DNA of 64,000 bases from Calditrichales bacterium (GTDB lineage Bacteria > Calditrichota > Calditrichia > Calditrichales > J004). A program made the position numbers and the translations under genes. The notes beneath the pieces are model-generated. The model worked only from the letters and a program-made list of their open reading frames with translations. It made no database searches and was not told the origin of the DNA. The DNA lies in contig OZ254086.1 of NCBI GenBank assembly GCA_965267575.1, positions 3,808,001 to 3,872,000 of the forward strand. Reading direction: 5' to 3'. Every line of letters starts with the position of its first letter. The first letter of the stretch is position 1. This document shows positions 1 through 10,043 of the stretch, piece after piece.

Positions 1-2
1 GT

Positions 3-2102
3 TCTCTTCCCAACGGGCTAAAGATCAAAAAAGCTAAAATCCGTGGTGTTGAATCTTTCGGTATGATTTGCTCGAAGGAAGAGCTTGGACTTGAGGAAAG
101 CTCTCAGGGCATCTGGGCGATTGATGGTGAATTTGAGCCCGGAACCGATTTTAACGCAGTTATGGCCCCAATAAGCGATACAATTTTTGATGTTTTCATT
201 ACGCCAAACCGGCCGGATTGCCTCAGTCATATTGGTATTGCGCGGGAAATTGCCGCTTTTACCGGAAAGGAAATAAAACTGCCTCCTTCCACCCTGAAAG
301 AATCGGCGGAAAGGGCGGAAGATATTGTTCGGGTATCGATAGAAGATGCTGAAGGATGTCCCCGTTATTGCGCGCGCGTCATTCGTAATGTCAAAGTTGG
401 TCCGTCCCCGGAATGGCTTGTGAGCAAGCTGGAAGCTGTAGGCCTGCGTTCTATCAATAACATTGTCGATGTTACAAATTTCATAATGATGGAAAGCGGC
501 CAGCCGATGCACGCTTTCGATCTGGATTACATTGAAGGCAACCATATTATTGTGCGTAAAGCAGGGAAGCAATCCACATTTACGACGCTGGATGACAAGC
601 AAAGAAAGCTTTCGCCGGAAACGGTAATGATTTGTGACGCTGAAAAGGAAGTGGCCATCGGCGGGATCATGGGCGGGCAAAATTCGGAGGTAAACGCCGA
701 AACAAAAGATATCTTGCTGGAAAGCGCCTATTTCAACCCGCAAAGGATAGCTGAGAGCGCGCGTCATCTGCAAATGAGCACAGACGCCTCGCAACGCTTT
801 GAGCGCGGTGCCGACCCTGAAAATTGTCGCAAATCGATAGACAGGGCCGCAGCTCTGATGGCTGAACTGGCGGGAGGAACCGTTTGCACCGGCGTTGTGG
901 ATGCTTATCCGCAAAAGATTGAGCAGCGGGTTATCGTACTACGGCCGGAACGTGTAAATCGTGTTTTGGGTACATATCTTAATCAAAAGGAAATTGAAGC
1001 GCTTCTTGGTAAAATACATGTAAAGGCCACAAAAGACGGCTTTGAAGTGCCCAGCTACCGCGCCGATCTAATAAAAGAGATTGACCTGATCGAGGACGTG
1101 GCACGACTTGTCGGCTACGACAATATCCCGCAGAGCGAAAAAGAAGACGTAAATCTGCTGGAGCCGGACGCGCATCATGAGAACAAGATGCGACGCCTGC
1201 GCGAGACTCTGATAAACGCCGGTTTGCAGGAAGTATTTACCAACAGCATGATGTCGCACAAATTTGCCGCAGCCGGGCAGGATCACGAAAAACTGGTCCA
1301 TATACTCAATCCGGTAAGCGACGATCTAAGCACCATGCGTCCATCTTTGTTGCCGGGACTGTTGCAGGTTATGGACTACAACATCAAGCGTCGCAAAAAA
1401 GATATGGCCTTGTTTGAAAGCGGTCGCATCTTTCAGAGTGCCAAAGATGAAACGGAATTGCCGCATCAGCCATACCGGCTGGCTATTGCATTATGCGGGC
1501 AGATCGAGCCCGAGGCATGGCAGGGTAAAGGCCGGGACGCCGATTTTTACGACCTTAAAGCTTTCCTTGAAATTCTCAGCGCTGATCTGCACCTGGACTC
1601 CTACGAATACAAGGCTGAAGCGGATCATTCCGTGTTTGATGACAGCTGCTGCGCAGCCATTTCATATCGTAACCGGGTAATCGGATATTGCGGTAAGGTC
1701 AAAGCCACGATTGCCAAAGTTTTTGATTTATCCATAGATGTATTTGCCGCGGAAATCGATATTGCCGATTTTTACGATCAGATCGGGCGCGAAATCAGTT
1801 TTACGGTTATTGGAAAATACCCGTCGATTGAAAAAGATTTTGCCCTGGAGCTGGAAGCGGATATAGCTGCCGGCGAAGTAATGACTTTTATTTCAAAGCA
1901 GGGCGGAAATCTTTTAAGGGATGTTTCGGTTTTTGATGTTTACACGGGTGAACATGTCGGACAGAACAAAAAAAGCCTGGCCTTCCGCTTGCGTTTTCAG
2001 TCTGATGAGCGCACATTAAGTGATGAAGAGGCAGACAAGGCTTTTAAGAAGGTGATAGCGAAAGCCGAAAAACAATTTAAAGCACAATTGCGGGAAAAAT
2101 AA
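3..2102 (+). CDS. pheT: Phenylalanine-tRNA ligase beta subunit (5' truncated by window edge)
   Basis: ITPNRPDCLSHIGIARE, B3/4 domain, RFERGAD, C-terminal FDX-ACB (DVYTG...KSLAFRLRFQSDERTL). Confidence 0.97.
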   Translation, partial: SLPNGLKIKKAKIRGVESFGMICSKEELGLEESSQGIWAIDGEFEPGTDFNAVMAPISDTIFDVFITPNRPDCLSHIGIAREIAAFTGKEIKLPPSTLKESAERAEDIVRVSIEDAEGCPRYCARVIRNVKVGPSPEWLVSKLEAVGLRSINNIVDVTNFIMMESGQPMHAFDLDYIEGNHIIVRKAGKQSTFTTLDDKQRKLSPETVMICDAEKEVAIGGIMGGQNSEVNAETKDILLESAYFNPQRIAESARHLQMSTDASQRFERGADPENCRKSIDRAAALMAELAGGTVCTGVVDAYPQKIEQRVIVLRPERVNRVLGTYLNQKEIEALLGKIHVKATKDGFEVPSYRADLIKEIDLIEDVARLVGYDNIPQSEKEDVNLLEPDAHHENKMRRLRETLINAGLQEVFTNSMMSHKFAAAGQDHEKLVHILNPVSDDLSTMRPSLLPGLLQVMDYNIKRRKKDMALFESGRIFQSAKDETELPHQPYRLAIALCGQIEPEAWQGKGRDADFYDLKAFLEILSADLHLDSYEYKAEADHSVFDDSCCAAISYRNRVIGYCGKVKATIAKVFDLSIDVFAAEIDIADFYDQIGREISFTVIGKYPSIEKDFALELEADIAAGEVMTFISKQGGNLLRDVSVFDVYTGEHVGQNKKSLAFRLRFQSDERTLSDEEADKAFKKVIAKAEKQFKAQLREK

Positions 2103-2329
2103 TGCGTCTGGATCAATTCGACAAATTGCAGGTTCTTGTTAAAGACCTGGAAGATATGGCGCGTGTTTATCGCCAGAAGAATAATCGTTTGAGCGAAGAA
2201 ATTACAGAGCTTAAAGGAAAATTGTCGATATTGCAGGAAGAAAATCTTAAATTAAAAGAAAAAAACGAAGAAGCCCGGGAGCGGCTGAACCTGATGATTG
2301 AACAGGTCGATCAGCGTATTTCCGGGTGA
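2102..2329 (+). CDS. Coiled-coil protein, ZapB-like
   Basis: 75-aa heptad coiled coil in the conserved pheT-(zapB)-zapA-ssrS-rny context. Confidence 0.65.
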   Translation: MRLDQFDKLQVLVKDLEDMARVYRQKNNRLSEEITELKGKLSILQEENLKLKEKNEEARERLNLMIEQVDQRISG

Positions 2330-2357
2330 CATGGTGTTGACAAACGGTAACCTTTAA

Positions 2358-2654
2358 ATGTCTCCGCAAAAAATAAAAGTAAGCATATTTGGTTCAGAAT
2401 ATTCACTTGTTTCCGATGATGATGAAAATTATGTACAGGAAATTGCCCAGTATTTGGACAAAAAAATGCGTGAAATAGACCGCCATTACAGTTTAACATC
2501 CACGACAAAAGTGGCAATTCTGGCGGCCTTAAATATAGCTGATGAACTTTTTCAGGAGCGCGAATATCGCAGAAAACTGCTCACGCAGATAAATGAAGAA
2601 GCAAGAAGAGTGAACCACAGCATTACGGAGATTTTAGAGGAAGATACCGAATAA
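2358..2654 (+). CDS. zapA: Cell division protein ZapA
   Basis: IKVSIFGSEYSL...AILAALNIADELF motif; synteny. Confidence 0.93.
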   Translation: MSPQKIKVSIFGSEYSLVSDDDENYVQEIAQYLDKKMREIDRHYSLTSTTKVAILAALNIADELFQEREYRRKLLTQINEEARRVNHSITEILEEDTE

Positions 2655-2676
2655 AGATTACCTAGGCCTTAATTTT

Positions 2677-2840
2677 AGCCCTGTATCCTTAAGTAATCTA
2701 TAAAAGGACCAACACCATCAAAACAGGGAACTGACTCTGGGTGGAGATTGCAAGCCACTTAAATGAGGAAGCATGAAACATCCGGGAGGTGCCCATAATG
2801 TCGAATAGAGGTTCCTTTTGTTAGATTACGGTACAGGGTT
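2677..2840 (+). ncRNA. ssrS: 6S RNA
   Basis: Long closing stem (agccctgtatc..gtaatcta..aaaagga / tccttttg..tagattac..ggtacagggtt) around a central bubble, in the usual zapA-rny position. Confidence 0.8.
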
Positions 2841-2877
2841 TTTTAATTTTTAGGCTATCCGCTTAAAGGGAGGAAAA

Positions 2878-4434
2878 ATGGCCCTGATAGATGTGCTGAT
2901 ACTTCTTGTTGTGGCAGTTCTTTTTTTCGGGATTGGCTGGTTTGTGAACGCCAGCGCGGGCAAAAAAAACCTTACCACCGCTCGTAAAAAGGCAGAGTTG
3001 ATTCTGCAGGACGCCGCCGCTGAAGGCGAAAATCAAAAGAAAGAAAAACTTTTAGAAGCCAGCGAAGAGATCTACCAGCAGAAGCAAAAGCTGGAAGAGG
3101 AGTTCCGCTCCAAGAAAAATTCGCTAAAGGCCTACGAAAACGATCTTAACAACAAAGAAAACGACCTTGACCGCAAGGCTGACCTGATATCTAAAAAGGA
3201 GCGCGAACTTTTCCTAAAAGAACGTGAGCTTAAGAACCAGGAAAACAACCTGAATATCAGGCAGTCCAAACTGGAAGAATCCATAGAGGAAGCCAATAAA
3301 AAGCTGGAAACGATTTCCGGCCTTTCCCGCGACGAGGCCAAGCAGATGTTGATGGACAACCTGCTGGACGAGGCCAAGCGCGATATAACGCATAATATGT
3401 ACCAAATGGTGCAGGAAGCACACGATAGCGCGAAACAGCAAGCCCAGCGCATTATAACCACATCCATCGAGCAGATTGCCTCCAATCACACCATTGAATC
3501 TACCGTAACTACAGTTAAGCTGCCTTCCGATGATATGAAGGGACGCATAATCGGCAAAGAAGGCCGCAACATCCGCGCTTTTGAAGTGGTTACCGGTGTT
3601 GATGTGATCGTTGATGATACGCCACAGGCCGTGTTGCTGAGCGCCTTCGATCCCGCGCGCCGTGAGATTGCCCGCATTACCATGGAACGTCTTGTCTCGG
3701 ACGGGCGTATCCACCCGGGACGTATTGAGGAGACCTATGAAAAAGTACTACAGGAAATGGATGACCATTATGAGGAGGTCGGCGAGCAGACGCTGCATGA
3801 ACTGGGCATACATGGTCTCAACCCGGAAATCGTACAGACTCTGGGCAAGTTGAAATACCGCACCAGCTATGGCCAGAATATTCTGGAACATTGCCAGGAA
3901 GTGGCGGAAATTGCCGGCAAAATTGCTGTTGAGCTTGGGCTGGACAGCTATATGGCCAAACGCGCAGGTATGATGCATAAAATCGGCATGGCTATCGAAA
4001 AGGCCAGTGAATCCGATTACAGCAAAGTGGGGCATGAATTTCTGAAAAAACATGGTGAAGCTACACCCGTGCTAAACGCGGTATTGGCTTTTACAAATCA
4101 CGCGGAAGCCAATACGCCGATCGCGGTGGTTGTACGTATTGCTGAAGAAATCAGCCGCTCACGTCCTGGCGCGCGCCGCGATGTAATTGAGAATTATGTA
4201 AAACGACTGAGCAACCTGGAGGATATCGCCGATTCTTTTGAGGGTGTAAAAAGCGCTTATGCTATCCAGGCCGGCAAGGAGATACGCATCATCATTGATC
4301 ACGATAAGGCCGACGACGCCCAGAGCCACATGCTCAGCTCGGAAATTGCAAAAAAAATCAGGTCCAATGTTGACCATGCCGGACAGATCAAAGTACACGT
4401 TATCCGCGAATTCAGAGCAATAGATTACGCTTAA
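2878..4434 (+). CDS. rny: Ribonuclease Y (HD domain apparently degenerate)
   Basis: N-terminal TM, coiled coil, KH domain (MKGRIIGKEGRNIR), YRTSYGQN, C-terminal AYAIQAGKEIR; HD motif reads HK. Confidence 0.95.
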   Translation: MALIDVLILLVVAVLFFGIGWFVNASAGKKNLTTARKKAELILQDAAAEGENQKKEKLLEASEEIYQQKQKLEEEFRSKKNSLKAYENDLNNKENDLDRKADLISKKERELFLKERELKNQENNLNIRQSKLEESIEEANKKLETISGLSRDEAKQMLMDNLLDEAKRDITHNMYQMVQEAHDSAKQQAQRIITTSIEQIASNHTIESTVTTVKLPSDDMKGRIIGKEGRNIRAFEVVTGVDVIVDDTPQAVLLSAFDPARREIARITMERLVSDGRIHPGRIEETYEKVLQEMDDHYEEVGEQTLHELGIHGLNPEIVQTLGKLKYRTSYGQNILEHCQEVAEIAGKIAVELGLDSYMAKRAGMMHKIGMAIEKASESDYSKVGHEFLKKHGEATPVLNAVLAFTNHAEANTPIAVVVRIAEEISRSRPGARRDVIENYVKRLSNLEDIADSFEGVKSAYAIQAGKEIRIIIDHDKADDAQSHMLSSEIAKKIRSNVDHAGQIKVHVIREFRAIDYA

Positions 4435-4437
4435 TAG

Positions 4438-5235
4438 ATGCTTAAAATCCTTTTCATTGGAGATATTGTTGGTCACCAGGCTGTAAATCTTGTTGCCGAT
4501 ACGGTTCCGCTGCTCATCCGCGACAGGGCCGTGGATTACTGTATCGCCAATGGCGAGAATTGTGACAATGGAAAGGGCATAAATAAAAAACTGGCTTCAC
4601 GTCTCATGAACAGCGGCGTTGACGCCATTACAGGCGGTAACCACATCTGGCAAAGAAACAGCATCGAAGTGCTGGAAAATCCCCTTTACAAAACCCTGCG
4701 CCCGGCCAATTATCCGCCCGGAAATCCCGGCAAAGGCCACCTTATTCTGCAAAAAAACAATCTGCCAAAGCTTGGCTTGATAAACCTGCAGGGACGCAGT
4801 TTCATGAATCCGATTGATTGTCCTTTCCGGACCGGCCAAAAACTCTGCGAAGAACTGCGCCAGGAGACTCCGTTCATTTTTGTTGATTTTCATGCCGAAG
4901 CCACGGCGGAAAAACTGGCGCTCGGCTGGTATCTGGACGGCAAAGCCAGCACAGTGGCGGGAACGCATACCCACGTACAAACGGCCGACGAGCGCATTTT
5001 GCCAAAAGGCACCGCCTATATCAGTGATGTTGGAATGACAGGTCCATTCGACAGCGTGATCGGCATGGACGTTGACACGGCATTGGAGCGCTTTGTTCAG
5101 CAGGTGCCAAATTATTATAAAATGGCAACGCGACGCATGCGCATAAACGCGGTACTCGTTACAATCAACGATAACGGAAAAGCACAACAGATAGAACGTT
5201 TAAATTTTTCGAAGGAAGATTATGGCAAACTTTAA
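4438..5235 (+). CDS. ymdB: YmdB-family metallophosphoesterase
   Basis: ILFIGDIVG, NGEN, GNH, DFHAEATAEK, GTHTHVQTAD; follows rny. Confidence 0.92.
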   Translation: MLKILFIGDIVGHQAVNLVADTVPLLIRDRAVDYCIANGENCDNGKGINKKLASRLMNSGVDAITGGNHIWQRNSIEVLENPLYKTLRPANYPPGNPGKGHLILQKNNLPKLGLINLQGRSFMNPIDCPFRTGQKLCEELRQETPFIFVDFHAEATAEKLALGWYLDGKASTVAGTHTHVQTADERILPKGTAYISDVGMTGPFDSVIGMDVDTALERFVQQVPNYYKMATRRMRINAVLVTINDNGKAQQIERLNFSKEDYGKL

Positions 5236-6118
5236 GCTCCTCGACGGGAAGCTCGTGGCGCGGCACAGCAACGAGCAGACACAAAAGCTCGCGGATAATC
5301 TCAAAAAGCAGGGCGTTACACCCGGCCTGGCCGTGGTGCTCGTTGGTGATGATCCCGCGTCGGCCATTTACGTAAAGCGCAAAGGCCAGATGTGCGAAAA
5401 ACTGGGCTTTCGCTCGGAAACGATCCGCCTTTCCGCGGAAACCACGCAGGATGAATTGTTAAATCTGGTTCAAAAACTAAACGCGGATAAAAGCTATCAC
5501 GGAATACTGGTGCAAATGCCGCTGCCAAAGCAGATAGACCCGCGCGTGGTCATTGATAATATCGCCTATATAAAAGACGTGGATTGTTTTCATCCCCATA
5601 ATGTAGGCCTTCTGGCTATCGGGGAGCCTTACATGCTGCCCTGCACGCCCGCCGGCATTCTTGAAATTCTCAAGTATTACAATATCTCCGCGCAAGGCAA
5701 GCATGTTGTCGTTTTAGGCCGCTCAAATATCGTTGGCAAGCCAATGGCTAATCTGCTGGTGCAGAAAAACAAATATGCCAACGCCACGGTTACCGTTTGC
5801 CACAGCCGTACACACGATATCGCGTCTCATACGCGTCAGGCCGATATTCTCGTCGCTGCCATCGGGCAGGCTGAATTTGTGAATAAAGACATGGTTAAAA
5901 AAGGTTGCGTGGTGGTGGACGTGGGCATGAACCGCGTCGATGCGCCGGAAACGGAGAAGGGTTACCGTTTATGCGGCGACGTCCTGTTCGAGGAAGTTGC
6001 TCCTGTTTGCGAAGCGATCACGCCTGTACCGGGCGGGGTCGGGCCTATGACCATCGCCATGCTGATGCGTAACACGGTTAATGCCGCGGCGGCGCAAAAC
6101 AATATAACATTAGGTTGA
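5222..6118 (+). CDS. folD: Bifunctional methylenetetrahydrofolate dehydrogenase/cyclohydrolase
   Basis: KDVDCFHP, PCTPAG, GRSNIVGKP, TPVPGGVGPMT. Confidence 0.97.
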   Translation: MANFKLLDGKLVARHSNEQTQKLADNLKKQGVTPGLAVVLVGDDPASAIYVKRKGQMCEKLGFRSETIRLSAETTQDELLNLVQKLNADKSYHGILVQMPLPKQIDPRVVIDNIAYIKDVDCFHPHNVGLLAIGEPYMLPCTPAGILEILKYYNISAQGKHVVVLGRSNIVGKPMANLLVQKNKYANATVTVCHSRTHDIASHTRQADILVAAIGQAEFVNKDMVKKGCVVVDVGMNRVDAPETEKGYRLCGDVLFEEVAPVCEAITPVPGGVGPMTIAMLMRNTVNAAAAQNNITLG

Positions 6119-6125
6119 TTGCTTT

Positions 6126-7019
6126 ATGCAGAATGGCACGGCATTGCTGGATCCGCAGGTTCTTTCAACCATCGACAACCTTGAATTGATTGCCAGAAAG
6201 GTTGTGGAAGGCTTTATCACCGGTCTGCACAAAAGCCCCTTTCACGGCTTCAGCGTAGAATTCAGCCAGCACCGTCCTTATATGCAGGGCGACAGCCTTC
6301 GTTTTATCGACTGGAAAGTCTATGCCCGCAGTGACCGCTATTACGTGAAGCAGTTTGAGGAAGAGACAAACCTGCGCTGCTTTATCCTGCTGGATGCCTC
6401 AGGGTCGATGGCGTTTTCCGGAAACGGCGTCAGCAAATTCCGCTATGCCTCCATGCTGGCCAGCGCTCTGACTTATCTTATGCTTAAACAACGCGACGCC
6501 ACCGGTCTTGTTTTATTTGACGAAGACATCCGCCATTTTATACCGCCGCGCTCCGTTCACGCCCATTTAAAGAATATTCTGGGGGCCCTGACGGACACAA
6601 AACCGGAAAAAGATACACGCATCACCGGCACACTTCATCAATTGGCGGACAAGATCAAACGCCGCAGCATGGTGATACTTATTTCGGACTTTTTTGACGA
6701 TCCCGATGAGATAAAAAGCGGCATCAAGCACCTGCTTTACAACAAACACGAATTATTGGTTTTCCAGATTCTGGATGATGCCGAGCTGGGTTTTGATTAT
6801 AAAGGCGAGGTGGAATTCAGGGACCTTGAAGGAGATGCCAAAATCAAAACACGTCCCAAATATATTAAAGACCACTACCTGGAGCAGATCGCCCGCCACA
6901 ATGATTCACTGAAGCATTTCTTTTCGGAAAACCGTGTTGATTACGGCCTGATAAAAACATCGGATTATCTGAGTAAAGCGATGCTTGAATATGCTTTAAA
7001 AAGGAACCGATTGTTTTAA
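6126..7019 (+). CDS. DUF58 / vWA-like protein
   Basis: GLHKSPFHGFSVEFSQHRPY.GD.LR.IDWK...VKQFEEE. Confidence 0.9.
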   Translation: MQNGTALLDPQVLSTIDNLELIARKVVEGFITGLHKSPFHGFSVEFSQHRPYMQGDSLRFIDWKVYARSDRYYVKQFEEETNLRCFILLDASGSMAFSGNGVSKFRYASMLASALTYLMLKQRDATGLVLFDEDIRHFIPPRSVHAHLKNILGALTDTKPEKDTRITGTLHQLADKIKRRSMVILISDFFDDPDEIKSGIKHLLYNKHELLVFQILDDAELGFDYKGEVEFRDLEGDAKIKTRPKYIKDHYLEQIARHNDSLKHFFSENRVDYGLIKTSDYLSKAMLEYALKRNRLF

Positions 7020-7085
7020 AGTTTTACTTGAAATACTGGCCTCTTAAGTGCTACTTTAATTCCAGCCAAACAAAACGAGCGTTCC

Positions 7086-7520
7086 ATGGCCGGAAACAAT
7101 GAAATAGACTACTCCATCGGTGAAGTCTCAAAGCGAACGGGTGTGCCGCAGTCGACATTACGCTACTGGGAAACCGTTTTTCCACAGCTTCAGCCACATA
7201 AAACCGAAGGTGGCAGCCGCCGCTATTCAGAGGATATGATCGTTCTGGTACAACACATAAATGATCTGCTGCATAACAAAGGATTTACCATTAAAGGCGC
7301 CGAGCGCATGTTAAGCGAAAAAGAAGAGCTCAAGGAATCCGAAGCAACGAGACCAAAAGCTGACGATAACTTGCCGCTCTTCGCAAAAGAAAAAAAAGAA
7401 ATGCCGGCACAAAGCGAGCCGCAGAAAGCCCTACAATCAGCACCGGGACAAGAAAGCAGCGATTTTCTCAAAAACCTGCGCAGGGAACTCTATCAAATCC
7501 GAAAAATACTTGAAGAGTGA
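7086..7520 (+). CDS. MerR-family transcriptional regulator
   Basis: YSIGEVSKRTGVPQSTLRYWE...GGSRRY. Confidence 0.9.
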   Translation: MAGNNEIDYSIGEVSKRTGVPQSTLRYWETVFPQLQPHKTEGGSRRYSEDMIVLVQHINDLLHNKGFTIKGAERMLSEKEELKESEATRPKADDNLPLFAKEKKEMPAQSEPQKALQSAPGQESSDFLKNLRRELYQIRKILEE

Positions 7521-7570
7521 CGCGCATATGATTGCATTTATCTGAGTAGCTTTTTAACTTAACACTTGTT

Positions 7571-7644
<74 letters not shown>

Positions 7645-7650
7645 CATAGC

Positions 7651-7683
7651 AATGGGGATTTTTTACAAATCCCCATTTTTTTT
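7651..7683 (+). terminator. Intrinsic terminator after tRNA-Pro
   Basis: aatggggattt...aaatccccatt followed by a T run. Confidence 0.7.
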
Positions 7684-7690
7684 GGAGAAA

Positions 7691-8389
7691 ATGAAGACAT
7701 TCGCACTGATCATCCCGGCTTACAACGCAGAAAAATCGATACGGCAGCTGCTGCAGCGTGTTGTGGCTTTATCTCCGGCGCCGGCGTCCATTATCGTTGT
7801 TGATGACGGTTCCACCGACCGCACGCTGGAAGAATTATCACAATTCCCGGTTGACATATTATCATTGCCCGCCAACGGCGGTAAGGGGACGGCGTTGCAA
7901 CATGCCTTCCGGGCCGTGAAAGATCAGAGCGCTTATGATTTTGTGGTTTGCATGGACGCGGACCTGCAGCACGCACCTGAGGACATAAACCGTTTTCTGG
8001 AGATCCTGGAGGGTGGAACGTCCGATATTGTGATCGGTAAACGGGTAAAACGGTTTGGCAGAATGCCGCTGTCGCGACAGTTTTCAAACCGCGTCTCATC
8101 CTGGCTCATAAGTGCGGCCTGCGGCGAACCGATCAGCGACAGTCAATGCGGCTTCCGGGCATTCCGGCGTGAAGTTTTGCAGGAGCTTGTCCTGGATGAA
8201 CCCAATTTCCAGATCGAAAGCGAATTTATACTTAAAAGCTGCCGCAAAAATTTTAAGATAGCCTTTGTGGATATTGAAACGATCTACGCCGGAAACGGCT
8301 CTCATATCCATCATTTACGTGATACCTGGGAATTTATTAATCTGCTTATCAGGGAAATGCGACGTGATCCATTACAATCGACAACGTGA
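7691..8389 (+). CDS. GT2 family glycosyltransferase (DPM-synthase-like)
   Basis: IIPAYN, VVDDGSTD, MDADLQH, DSQCGFRA; start taken at ATG 7691 after ggag because the longer ORF overlaps the tRNA. Confidence 0.9.
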   Translation: MKTFALIIPAYNAEKSIRQLLQRVVALSPAPASIIVVDDGSTDRTLEELSQFPVDILSLPANGGKGTALQHAFRAVKDQSAYDFVVCMDADLQHAPEDINRFLEILEGGTSDIVIGKRVKRFGRMPLSRQFSNRVSSWLISAACGEPISDSQCGFRAFRREVLQELVLDEPNFQIESEFILKSCRKNFKIAFVDIETIYAGNGSHIHHLRDTWEFINLLIREMRRDPLQSTT

Positions 8390-9005
8390 AAAAATGGTAG
8401 AAGGCCTGCGCCGGCGCGGCATCAGCGATGAACGCGTTTTGCGGGCCATGCTCAAGGTGGAGCGTCACCGTTTTGTGGCGCCGGGGGCCGAATTTCAGGC
8501 CTATGATGACAAAGCACTGCCCATCGGTTTTGAGCAGACCATATCGCACCCATACACCGTGGCGCTGATGAGCCAGGCCCTTGAAGTGGAAAAAGGCCAG
8601 AAAATACTGGAGATCGGGAGCGGGTCGGGCTATCAGGCAGCCGTTTTATGTGAAATGGGCGCGCAGGTTTTTACAATCGAACGCATCGCGGCTCTGGGCA
8701 AAAAGGCGGAAAGCCTGCTCAGGGATATGCGCTATCATTTTGCTTTACGCGTGGGCGACGGCACACTGGGCTGGCAAAATTATGCACCGTATGATGCAAT
8801 AATTGTCACTGCGGGCGCGCCCGTCAATCCCAAAAGCCTGCTGCCGCAGGTAAAAAACGGCGGCCGGCTGCTTATTCCGCTTGGCGACAAAAACAATCAA
8901 ATGCTTACGCTTTTTTTAAAAACAGAACAGGAAATACGCCGGATAGAGCTGGAACCACTCTCATTTGTTCCTCTCATCGGGAAACATGGATGGACTGAAA
9001 GATGA
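8364..9005 (+). CDS. pcm: Protein-L-isoaspartate O-methyltransferase
   Basis: QTISHPY, LEIGSGSGYQAA, APYDAIIVTAG, FVPLIG; GTG start inferred. Confidence 0.95.
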   Translation: MIHYNRQREKMVEGLRRRGISDERVLRAMLKVERHRFVAPGAEFQAYDDKALPIGFEQTISHPYTVALMSQALEVEKGQKILEIGSGSGYQAAVLCEMGAQVFTIERIAALGKKAESLLRDMRYHFALRVGDGTLGWQNYAPYDAIIVTAGAPVNPKSLLPQVKNGGRLLIPLGDKNNQMLTLFLKTEQEIRRIELEPLSFVPLIGKHGWTER

Positions 9006-9910
9006 ATTACGGTTTTGCCTTTTATGTGCGCACATTTTTTGTGGGAATGGCCATGGGCGTGGCCAATATAATTCCCGGGGTAAGCGGCGGTACCATTGCC
9101 GTTGTTTTTGGCATTTACGAATACCTGATGGAAGCGCTGGGAAATTTTGTTACCAACAAAGAGCGGCGCAAAGAATACATCATGTTTCTGGGAGTTCTTT
9201 TCTTTGGATCTCTGGTCGCTGTTTTTGGGCTGGCCGGTGCGTTGTCCTGGTCTTTTAAAAATTATCCGCTGATGACGGTTTATTTTTTCATGGGACTTAT
9301 CCTGGGCAGTATCCCCGTGGTTATCCGCAGCCACAAGGATATGAAGCTGAACCTGCGCCGGGCACTGTTCCTGATTGGCGGAGCGGCCATCGTCGTTATC
9401 TTTGCCTTGTTTCAGACAGGGAAGGGCGACGAGATTGATATTGCTTATACGGCCGCGCGTTTTTCGCTCTGGGATTATGCTTATTTCCTGCTAAGTGGCA
9501 TCATTGCATCTTCGGCGATGATCGTTCCCGGTATCAGCGGGTCGTTTATGCTGATTTTGCTGGGTATTTACTGGACCGTTCTGGGCGCCCTGGACGGAGC
9601 AACAAGACTTGTGCTGCAGATTCCACAAAGCGGTATCGGCGAAGAGCTTTTGGTACGCATTTTTTTGATTGGCAGCCTCGGTATTGGTGTGGTTCTTGGA
9701 ATTCTTTTGTTCTCGCGCATCATGGACTGGGCACTTAAAAATTTCCCATCACAAACACTCTATTTTATTATTGGGTTGATTGTCGGATCGTTCTATCAGA
9801 TTTATCCGGGTTATGCTTTCAACTTAAATGGCCTGGGCGCGGTTGCGACGTTTGTGATCGGCCTGATGATGGCTTTAAAATTATCGGCAACAGACAAAAA
9901 GGCCGGTTGA
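9002..9910 (+). CDS. DUF368 membrane protein (undecaprenyl-phosphate translocase family)
   Basis: GMAMGVANIIPGVSGGT and AMIVPGISGS repeats, multiple TM helices. Confidence 0.9.
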   Translation: MNYGFAFYVRTFFVGMAMGVANIIPGVSGGTIAVVFGIYEYLMEALGNFVTNKERRKEYIMFLGVLFFGSLVAVFGLAGALSWSFKNYPLMTVYFFMGLILGSIPVVIRSHKDMKLNLRRALFLIGGAAIVVIFALFQTGKGDEIDIAYTAARFSLWDYAYFLLSGIIASSAMIVPGISGSFMLILLGIYWTVLGALDGATRLVLQIPQSGIGEELLVRIFLIGSLGIGVVLGILLFSRIMDWALKNFPSQTLYFIIGLIVGSFYQIYPGYAFNLNGLGAVATFVIGLMMALKLSATDKKAG

Positions 9911-9947
9911 TTTGAAAATATCAAAACCGTATATTTAAGATTCATTT

Positions 9948-10023
<76 letters not shown>

Positions 10024-10043
10024 CTTTTTAAACAGCACCTTCA

